From Sedimentisphaerales bacterium (GTDB lineage: Bacteria > Planctomycetota > Phycisphaerae > Sedimentisphaerales > SM23-30): a stretch of DNA of 64,000 bases. Position 1 is the first letter of the stretch. Each line of letters starts with the position of its first letter. The translations under genes were made by a program, and so were the position numbers. Positions 8,977 to 16,984 of the stretch are shown one piece after another. The stretch is taken from the NCBI GenBank assembly GCA_963666285.1, contig OY762711.1; one strand, given 5' to 3'. The notes under the pieces are model-generated. The model worked only from the letters and a program-made list of their open reading frames with translations, was not told the DNA's origin and did not search any database.

Positions 8977-10176
8977 ACTTTTTTAATTCTGAATTTTTAA
9001 TTTTTAATTTCCCCCCTCCCTCCTCGCTTCTGACTTCTAACTCTTCTCATCCTTCAGGTGCCGCAATTTTAAAATAAACTTCCATACGCATCAGCTTTAA
9101 AATAAGTTGTGAGCGACAGCGAATTATTCCTGATGTCAACGTACATCAGGACACATCCTTTACACTTTGATGACGCTCCGCGGCATCTGGTCTGCCCACA
9201 ATCCAAAAATAACAACTTACGTAAATCTCGGTAAATTTCTCCCTCCGCCACACCTCTTTCCCGACCTACTAGTCAATTATCGTTAACCCACCCCACCTAT
9301 GCGTCAGCATATAAAATTAGCTCCGCCGCTAGGCGACACCTTCACATCATTGGACTTGTTCAATGATGTGCCAGAGTGCGAAGCACGTATTTCCTCTTCA
9401 CTGGCCGCTGGTCGCTGATAGCTCGCTGCTGATTGCCTGTTCTAATCTCTAGCAGCTTGGCTGCTCGCTCGCTGCTGTTATCTGGTAGCTCTTGATTTTT
9501 TATCCTTTATCCTTTATCCTTCAGAAACGCATTTCATTTCTTTCTTTATCAGTGTGCATCTGCGTCCATCCGTGGTTCTCTTTTTTTTAAGGCGTCAGCC
9601 GTTTAAAATAAGGTCCTGTACCGTATGGTACAAGACACATCAATTCTTACCTTTTACCTCTTACTTTTTACCTGCTTTCCCATCTCCGCTTCGTTCCCGT
9701 CTGTATACCGCCGCACCCATTTAACGTCCCGCCGTATATTGCCCGCTCGTTGCCGTTCGGCCCCGTTCAAATCCGTACCCCTTTTCGCCGCCGTCCACCC
9801 GCCGCGCTGCCCCGTATATATGCCGCACTCCCTCCGTCCCCCATCAATCAGCCGCGAGCGGTAGCGAGCAACCTTCCCTAGCACCTGAAGCCTGATCCCT
9901 GGCCCCTGATTTTCTCGAAAAAATCACCGCGTTTTTACAACCACTAAATCGCGAAAATCTAAATTTTCCAAAATATTTATCCCGCTTATCCCCAACACCT
10001 TACAATTTTTCGGGCCAACCATCCCGCCCAAAAAATCAGCGCACTTTCGACATACCATCCAACAGTAGAGAGCTGACAAAAAATGAGAACCGACAAAAAT
10101 CAGCTCTCTATAAAACTTAACAACGACGAAAACTTCGTCTTAAACATAAATTTTGCTCTTTGAAAAATTGAATATT
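8977..10176 (+). repeat. Main part of large non-coding mosaic element, copy A
   Basis: Three colinear blocks (about 9015-9250, 9598-9850, 9907-10176) match 62903-63838. Confidence 0.9.
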
Positions 10177-10274
10177 AAAACGATTTGTCACGGGCCTTTC
10201 CGTTCAGAATGAGTTCGCTCATTCGGTCTATGCGATATCATCGCATACCATGAGCAAGCTTGGCTTGCCCGGGT

Positions 10275-11093
10275 CTAGTCCAGACTATCTCTGGCGGGAT
10301 AGTATTTATGGATCAGCTGAATATCTTTATTTTCCGGGTTGGTGAAATTAAAGCTGCCGTCAGTATTATTTTCGATATAATTCTCAAAATGATTGGTAGT
10401 CTTTGGATTTTCCCATTTTATATTTTCTACATGCCCATCGCAGAATCCAAAATTACTGGATTTTTTGTGGAATATTCCAATCGAGTCAACTATTGTATCA
10501 GGCTTTTCTGGGTTTTGAAACCAGCCGTTATAGTTAAACCCACGTGTGTCAGCTTCTTCGACGAGCATAAATGTTTCAGCGGCATTTTTTATCTGGTCAA
10601 TTTTTGTATAGCGATATTTCTCCATTTCTTCCGGCATATCAGTACCATTCAAAGTTGATGGTATCGAATAACTGCGATAGCCGAGAGGTGAGTTTGTAAA
10701 TTTCTTATCATCAACTGAACAGCAATTGAAAATCTCATCTAATTGAATATACTTATAGAGTAGGCTTTGTTGTATCCCTCTGATCTCATTTTCCTGTGAG
10801 CAATTATTCCAATCAACAGGTTGCCTTTCTTTATTTAACGGCCCAGATACCCAGTTGGTATTGTCTTCATTTACAAATGTGTCTGCACTGATCAAATCAT
10901 CATCATTGTCGTTGGCGTATATAATAAATGCCATTGCAATTTGCTTTTGATTTGATAAGCAGACAGTTCGTCTTGCTTGATTTCTAGTGTGTCTCTGTGG
11001 AAAAGGAACCAGAATCAGTAATAATATAATAACAAATATGACTATAACTAGTTCTACCAGCGTCAAACCTTTTATGTTTTGTTTTTGTATCAT
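10275..11093 (-). CDS. Prepilin-type N-terminal cleavage/methylation protein, DUF1559 / H-X9-DG family (paralog 1)
   Basis: KGLTLVELVIVI, CLSNQKQI and H...SNFGFCDGHV motifs. Confidence 0.85.
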   Translation of the reverse strand: MIQKQNIKGLTLVELVIVIFVIILLLILVPFPQRHTRNQARRTVCLSNQKQIAMAFIIYANDNDDDLISADTFVNEDNTNWVSGPLNKERQPVDWNNCSQENEIRGIQQSLLYKYIQLDEIFNCCSVDDKKFTNSPLGYRSYSIPSTLNGTDMPEEMEKYRYTKIDQIKNAAETFMLVEEADTRGFNYNGWFQNPEKPDTIVDSIGIFHKKSSNFGFCDGHVENIKWENPKTTNHFENYIENNTDGSFNFTNPENKDIQLIHKYYPARDSLD

Positions 11094-11095
11094 AG

Positions 11096-11926
11096 CTATT
11101 TCCCTTTAGCGGGATAGTATTTATGGATTAGTTGAATATCTATATTTTCCTGGTCGGTGAAGTTGAAATTCCCGTCGATGTTGGTTTTCATGTAGTTCTC
11201 AAAATACTCTATGGTTTTCGGATTATTGCATTTTATTGCTTTGACATGTCCATCACAAAAGGTGAAGTTGCTGAATTTGTCATAGTTACCGTAATGGAAC
11301 AAACCAATTGAGTCTATGATGGTATCTGTTTTTTCTGGGTTCTGGAACCACCCGTTATAGTTAAACCCGCGAGTATCAGCTTCTTCAACCAGCATTAATG
11401 TTTCAGTGGCATTTTTAATATTATCTAGTTTCAAATACCGATATTTCTTCCATTCTTCTGGTAGGTCTGTTCCGTTTAATGTTGATGGAATTGAATAGTT
11501 GCGGTAGCCTAGGGGAGAGTTGGCATAATACTTTTCTTTTGCTGGACAATGAAAAGTTCTTATTTCATCTGTGTGCATGTATTTGAAAATTAAACTATTT
11601 CTTATTCCTGTTATTTCGCTTTCTTGAGATACATTTTGCCAATTTACTGGCTGTTTGTTTTTTTGCATTGGTTCAGATATCCAGTTGGATTTATCGTTAT
11701 TTGCGAAAGTGTCAGAACTGACTAGTTTGTCATCATTGTCTTTGGTATATTGGATTATAGTATTTGAAATGATTTTTTGATTTGTTTGGCAGACTGTGTT
11801 TATTGCCAGGTCTCTCGGACCTCTATGTGGGAAAATGGCAGGGAGAAATATTATTAGTAGTATGACGATTGCTATAATTATAACTACCTCAATCAGCGTC
11901 AAACCTCTTATATTTTGCTTTTTCAT
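11096..11926 (-). CDS. Prepilin-type N-terminal cleavage/methylation protein, DUF1559 / H-X9-DG family (paralog 2)
   Basis: RGLTLIEVVIII, CQTNQK and SNFTFCDGHV motifs; long stretches identical to paralog 1. Confidence 0.85.
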   Translation of the reverse strand: MKKQNIRGLTLIEVVIIIAIVILLIIFLPAIFPHRGPRDLAINTVCQTNQKIISNTIIQYTKDNDDKLVSSDTFANNDKSNWISEPMQKNKQPVNWQNVSQESEITGIRNSLIFKYMHTDEIRTFHCPAKEKYYANSPLGYRNYSIPSTLNGTDLPEEWKKYRYLKLDNIKNATETLMLVEEADTRGFNYNGWFQNPEKTDTIIDSIGLFHYGNYDKFSNFTFCDGHVKAIKCNNPKTIEYFENYMKTNIDGNFNFTDQENIDIQLIHKYYPAKGK

Positions 11927-12092
11927 ACCATATCCCTTTTTCAAAACAAATACACTCTAAACAAGGTAAGAGCAAGTCAGTATGACTTGCCCTTTAATTC
12001 ATTACAATCAATATTAGTCACCGAGCAGAGCGAGGTCTGGTGCAGACTTTACCTGTCGCCGGGGCCGGCGGTAAACATTCGCCGAAGGCGAT

Positions 12093-12151
12093 AAAAACCA
12101 GGTCGCGCAGCGACACCTCAGCTTATTACTTGTTACTTATATCTTATTACT
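12093..12151 (+). repeat. Hairpin-ACC-heptamer micro-module downstream of gatB
   Basis: GTCGC-GCA-GCGAC, ACC, then CTTATTA CTTGTTA CTTATAT CTTATTA. Confidence 0.7.
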
Positions 12152-12159
12152 GCTTCAGG

Positions 12160-13620
12160 TTAATCCTTCAGTTTAGAATCAATAATCTCACCCGCAACTT
12201 TAGGGTTAGCCTGGCCCTTAGACTTTTGCATTACCTGGCCCAGCAGGAACCCGCGTGCCTTACCGGCTTTCTTACCGCCTTCTTTTACATCATTAACGGC
12301 ATTTTCATTCGCGGCGATAACTTCATCAACCAGCTTCTCAAGCTCACCGGCATCGGATTTCTGTACCAGGCTGTGCTTCTCGGCCAATGCCGCTGCGTCA
12401 CCATCCTCACTTGTCATTATCTCGAACAGCTTAGCCGACGCTGTAGCATTAATAGTACCATCCTCAACCAGGTTAGCAAGTTGCGCGACTCTTTCAGGGC
12501 TTATGCCGAGCTGGTCAATGGAACATTGCTTTTCGCTTGCCATGTTAACAGCAAACTGGGTGATTATATTCGCCAGTCGTTTCGACGGACCACCCGCTTT
12601 TACCGCCGCGTCAAAGTATCGTGCCATCGGAGCTTCAGCTGTCAGAACCCCGGCATCATATTCCTTAAGACCAAGTTCATTAATAAACCGATCTTTCATC
12701 GCCAGCGGCAGCTCGCACATTGTCGATTTGATCTTATCCAGCCACTCTTTTGTCATCTTCACCGGCACAAGGTCGGGGTCCGGGAAATAACGATAGTCGT
12801 GTGATTCCTCTTTTTCACGCTGAAAGACTGTCTCGCCTTTGCCGTCGTCCCAGCCGCGGTTCTGTTTGCCCCGGTTTTCCATGGTAAAGGTCCGGTCTTT
12901 TTTGAACTCTTCCAGCTGACGCCATTCTTCGTAAGCGACCGCACCTTCGACCGCGCGAAAACTGTTCAGGTTCTTTACCTCGGTAATCGGTGTTTTGTAA
13001 GTCTGGTCGCCATCGGTTATCTTCAGGTTAATGTTTGGCTCAAACCGTATCTGGCCCAGCTGCATATTCGCATCAGAAACTTCCAAAAACTGCATTATCT
13101 TCTGCAGCTCTTGTGCCAGTATTCGACATTGTTCCGGCGTTTCCAGGTCCGGCTCGGTTACAATCTCCAGCAGCGGGGTACCCGCTCTGTTCAGGTCAAC
13201 CTGCGAATGTGGCAAGCCTTCATGCTGGTTCTTACCGGCATCTTCTTCCAGGTGGGCGCGGTTAATTCGCACTCGATGGGTGCTGCCGTCTGGCATTGGC
13301 AGGTCAATATAGCCCTGGTAGCTGAACGGCAAGTCATACTGGCTTATCTGGTAATTCTTCGGCAGGTCCGGGTAGTAGTAACCTTTACGGTCCCACTTGG
13401 TAAACTCCGCTATATTCAGGTTCAACGCCAGTGCCGCCTTGACCGAATATTCGAATGCCTTCTTGTTCATAACCGGCAGCGAACCGGGCATCCCCAGGCA
13501 GACCGGGCATACGTTGCTGTTCGGTGCATCGCCATAGCCCAGCTTACAACCGCAGAATATTTTTGTATTGCAGGCCAGCTGCACGTGTATTTCCATTCCA
13601 ACTACTAATTTAGCTTCCAT
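12160..13620 (-). CDS. gatB: Asp-tRNA(Asn)/Glu-tRNA(Gln) amidotransferase subunit B
   Basis: GMEIHVQL, YYPDLPKNYQISQY, HLEEDAGK, DLNRAGTPLLEIV and DYRYFPDPDL motifs. Confidence 0.98.
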   Translation of the reverse strand: MEAKLVVGMEIHVQLACNTKIFCGCKLGYGDAPNSNVCPVCLGMPGSLPVMNKKAFEYSVKAALALNLNIAEFTKWDRKGYYYPDLPKNYQISQYDLPFSYQGYIDLPMPDGSTHRVRINRAHLEEDAGKNQHEGLPHSQVDLNRAGTPLLEIVTEPDLETPEQCRILAQELQKIMQFLEVSDANMQLGQIRFEPNINLKITDGDQTYKTPITEVKNLNSFRAVEGAVAYEEWRQLEEFKKDRTFTMENRGKQNRGWDDGKGETVFQREKEESHDYRYFPDPDLVPVKMTKEWLDKIKSTMCELPLAMKDRFINELGLKEYDAGVLTAEAPMARYFDAAVKAGGPSKRLANIITQFAVNMASEKQCSIDQLGISPERVAQLANLVEDGTINATASAKLFEIMTSEDGDAAALAEKHSLVQKSDAGELEKLVDEVIAANENAVNDVKEGGKKAGKARGFLLGQVMQKSKGQANPKVAGEIIDSKLKD

Positions 13621-13730
13621 TATTTCCTCGTTTATTTATGCTGGCATTTGGTATTAACTATAATAAAACCAGTCTCGCCGTAATGCGTTACCTTCCCTAA
13701 GTACCTAATAACAAACACCTGATATTTTTT

Positions 13731-15179
13731 TTAACCGTTCGCCTTCTCAAACATTCTCGCGATTCGCAGCATTTTAGCTTCGGTAAAGTACGGTGTCATA
13801 ATCTGTAATCCGATAGGCATGCTGTCATTACCCTTGCCGCACGGAATACTGATTCCAGGAATACCGGCCAGGTTTACACCAATTGTATAAATATCTGACA
13901 AGTACATTTTTAGCGGGTCGTCTGTCTTTTCGCCGATACCAAATGCAGTTTCAGGCGAGGTCGGACACATCAGGCAGTCACATTTTTCAAATGCCTTTTC
14001 GAAATCCTGCCTGATAAGATTACGGACCTTTAACGCTTTAACGTAATACGCATCATAATAACCGGCACTAAGAGCATAAGTACCCAGCATTATACGGCGT
14101 TTTACTTCGTCACCAAAACCTTCCTCACGAGATGAATAATAAACATCCAGGTAATCTTTCGGGTTCTCTGTACGATGGCCGTAATGAACTCCGTCATAAC
14201 GCGTCAGGTTACTGGAACATTCCGCGGTTGCTACCATATAATATGTAGCAATTGAATAAGGCAAATGAGGCATATCTACATTTACTATTTCAGCACCAAG
14301 TGATTTATAAACTTCGAGAGCTGCTTCGATACTCTTGCGAACATCGTCATGCAGTCCTTCAACCTCAAAGAATTCCTTGGCTACTCCGATTTTCAATCCT
14401 TCGATTGGTTTGTCCAGGTCGGTAAGATAATCATCAATTGGTGCCTGCTCTTCACTTATACTGGTTGAGTCGCGTTGGTCATGTCCGGCAATAACGCTTA
14501 AGCCCAATGCGGCATCCGCAACTGTCCTGCCGAAAGGTCCGATCTGGTCCAGGCTGCTACCGTAAGCTACCAGCCCATATCGACTTACACGGCCATAGGT
14601 AGGTTTCAAACCGACCACGCCGCAGAAGCTTGCCGGTTGTCTAATCGAGCCGCCGGTGTCACTGCCGTATGAGATATATGCCATGTTGGCAACTGTTGCC
14701 GCTGCCGAGCCGCCGCTACTGCCGCCTGGCACCTTGCTATGGTCCAGCGGGTTTACGGTTTGTTTGAGAGCTGAGTTTTCACAGCTGGATCCCATCGCAT
14801 ACTCGTCCAGGTTAGTCTTACCGATAATTACGGCATCAGCTTTTTCCAATAGCTCGATCACATGAGCATTATATGGCGAATTGAAATTCTCCAGCATCTT
14901 CGAACCACAGGTTGTCGTGCCGAATGTGGTACATATATTATCCTTTACTGCAATCGGCAGCCCGGCAAGAGCTCCGACCGACTCGCCGGCCGCAATTCTG
15001 GCATCAATTTCGGCGGCTTTTTTCAGAGCACCGTCTTTAAACAGGCTGATAAAAGCACCGATTTGGCCTTCCTGTGCCTCGATCTGTTCAAATACAGCGT
15101 TTACTGCTTCTACGCTGGTAAGTTCTTTGTTTTTTATCTTATTTACAGCTTCGACAGCTGATATTTGTGCTATAGACAT
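13731..15179 (-). CDS. gatA: Amidotransferase subunit A (start reassigned to MSIAQ)
   Basis: Amidase signature PGGSSGGSAA and GSDTGGSIRQPA; between gatC and gatB. Confidence 0.97.
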   Translation of the reverse strand: MSIAQISAVEAVNKIKNKELTSVEAVNAVFEQIEAQEGQIGAFISLFKDGALKKAAEIDARIAAGESVGALAGLPIAVKDNICTTFGTTTCGSKMLENFNSPYNAHVIELLEKADAVIIGKTNLDEYAMGSSCENSALKQTVNPLDHSKVPGGSSGGSAAATVANMAYISYGSDTGGSIRQPASFCGVVGLKPTYGRVSRYGLVAYGSSLDQIGPFGRTVADAALGLSVIAGHDQRDSTSISEEQAPIDDYLTDLDKPIEGLKIGVAKEFFEVEGLHDDVRKSIEAALEVYKSLGAEIVNVDMPHLPYSIATYYMVATAECSSNLTRYDGVHYGHRTENPKDYLDVYYSSREEGFGDEVKRRIMLGTYALSAGYYDAYYVKALKVRNLIRQDFEKAFEKCDCLMCPTSPETAFGIGEKTDDPLKMYLSDIYTIGVNLAGIPGISIPCGKGNDSMPIGLQIMTPYFTEAKMLRIARMFEKANG

Positions 15180-15316
15180 CTTTCGTACCTTAATTATTGG
15201 TATTGAGTTATTACTTCTATCTATTTCAAGTTCCGCATTAGCGATCAAATAATCGTGATCCGTAAGGCGAACACCTTAAGTTATCACTTTTAGTTTTTCA
15301 CTTTTACTGAATTAAT

Positions 15317-15619
15317 TTAGCTTCCTTCCCCAAGTACTTTAGGGATTGCAAAATATTCGCCATCGCGATGCGGGGCGTTTTTCAATGCCTCATCATTTGG
15401 TAAAGACGGCCGAACGACATCTTCACGAAATACATTACTTACCGGCAGACTATGCGCCAGCGGTTCAACTCCGTCGGTATCAACTTCGTTCAGCTGATCT
15501 ATGTAATCCAGAATTGCTCCCAGCTGACCTGTAAATTGCTTTATTTCTTCATCAGTACAATTCAGGCGTGCCAGTTTGGCGACCTGTCGTACCTGCTGTT
15601 CGGTCAATTGTTCAGACAT
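15317..15619 (-). CDS. gatC: Amidotransferase subunit C
   Basis: VAKLARL...FREDVV...NAP...YFAIPKVL; operon context. Confidence 0.95.
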   Translation of the reverse strand: MSEQLTEQQVRQVAKLARLNCTDEEIKQFTGQLGAILDYIDQLNEVDTDGVEPLAHSLPVSNVFREDVVRPSLPNDEALKNAPHRDGEYFAIPKVLGEGS

Positions 15620-15977
15620 AAAAGTATTCCTTTTGATATTTGGGTTAAACCCTTTTATTGTAATATCTTAAGCCTTGCAATTATTGCTGTTGTCACCTGG
15701 CTGATAATGCAAAACCTGTAATAAAACCATAATTTTATACTCAACGGCTGATATTTGCAAAATGCAATTTTGGTTTTATTGTCATATTTGAGTATAAATT
15801 GTTGTAAAATAAGCAATAATGAAAATAATAGGTGTTAGTTCCAGGTGAAATATATTGGGCCTTCCTTTTTCTGCGGATTTCTATATTTTCTTGCTATTTT
15901 GCTTCGAGTAATTATAATATAAGGTTTCTTTCGAGCAGGAGACTCGGAATTTGTAAGATTGCTATAGAGTAAGATAA

Positions 15978-16853
15978 ATGGACAAGGCAACACAAAAAGC
16001 AAAAGGCCTGATCGAGGCACTAAGTTTTATCAGGCAGTTCAGGGACAAGATAGTCGTTATTAAGCTGGGCGGTTCTCTTATGGAAGAAGACCATTCCCAG
16101 CGTCAGCTATTGAATGATGTTGTTTTTATGTCAACGGTTGGTATGTGCCCTATCCTGGTTCATGGCGGTGGCAAGAGCGTTAGTGCAGCCATGAAAGAAG
16201 CCGGTATAGAACCTGTGTTTGTGCAGGGCAGACGCTATACCGATGAAAAAACTCTGCTTATAGCTGAACAGGTACTGGTTAACCAGATTAATGCCAGTAT
16301 AGTTGAATCATTAAATGTTCTTGGTGCCCAGGCTATGGGTTTGCATTCGCTCAGCAGTTGTGTTATTACAGCCAAAAAGATCACTCTAGACGGCGAGGAA
16401 GGCAGAAAGCTTGATATCGGGCTGGTAGGCGATGTTACCGAGGTTAATGCTGAACTGTTGAAAGTGCTTTGTGCATCAGGAGTTATCCCTGTAATCGCTC
16501 CGATTGGCGTCAATAAGGCCGGTGGAAAGCTGAATATCAATGCCGATACTGTTGCCGGGAAAGTTGCCGCAGCTGTCGGATCAGCCAAGCTGGTTATGAT
16601 GAGCGATACACACGGTATTTATGAGAAGTTTGGCGATGAAAGTACTCATATCAGCAAAATCACTCAAGATGAGGTTGAAAAGTATATTGCTGATGGTGTT
16701 ATATCCGGAGGGATGCTGCCCAAGGTAGCTGCTTGTTTAGAAGCGCTGCATGCGGGCGTCGACCGTGCCCATATTATTGACGGCAATATCCTGCATTCAT
16801 TATTGCTGGAGATTTACACCGATAAAGGTGTTGGCACGTTGATAACCCACTAG
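15978..16853 (+). CDS. argB: Acetylglutamate kinase
   Basis: VIKLGGS, LVHGGG, NINAD and GGMLPK motifs. Confidence 0.96.
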   Translation: MDKATQKAKGLIEALSFIRQFRDKIVVIKLGGSLMEEDHSQRQLLNDVVFMSTVGMCPILVHGGGKSVSAAMKEAGIEPVFVQGRRYTDEKTLLIAEQVLVNQINASIVESLNVLGAQAMGLHSLSSCVITAKKITLDGEEGRKLDIGLVGDVTEVNAELLKVLCASGVIPVIAPIGVNKAGGKLNINADTVAGKVAAAVGSAKLVMMSDTHGIYEKFGDESTHISKITQDEVEKYIADGVISGGMLPKVAACLEALHAGVDRAHIIDGNILHSLLLEIYTDKGVGTLITH

Positions 16854-16984
16854 GGCAGGGATAAGTAATTAGGCAAAAGTCATTAGGGGTGGTATCGCCT
16901 GACGGCGAAGCTATTAATTATTCCAGCATGATATTAATAAAAAATAACTCTATTGCGAGTTTTAAATAAACAGGAATAATAAAA

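Noticed and set aside
9340..9400. Integron attC sites among the hairpins
   Set aside because: No consistent RYYYAAC...GTTRRRY boxes, no gene-cassette array and no IntI.
9654..9884. Similar short minus-strand ORFs in both element copies (also 63264-63491) as a real small protein
   Set aside because: Starts and stops are not shared, there is no clear RBS, many differences are non-synonymous, and the + strand is also open; similarity is explained by the DNA repeat. Not fully excluded.
8977..10270. CRISPR array or CRISPR leader
   Set aside because: No identical 23-47 bp repeats at regular spacing and no cas genes in the window.
10275..11944. Diversity-generating retroelement acting on the DUF1559 paralogs
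   Set aside because: No reverse transcriptase, Avd or non-coding template repeat seen; both copies are full ORFs.
12040..13608. Long antisense or alternate-frame ORFs (e.g. 12040-12804, 24598-25383, 57326-57847)
   Set aside because: They shadow well-identified genes on the opposite strand and have no recognisable motifs.
15180..15248. N-terminal extensions of the computed ORFs for gatA, EIIA-CBS (27997), flgI (49707) and PEP-CTERM (42798)
   Set aside because: Downstream starts have better RBSs or fit family lengths better.
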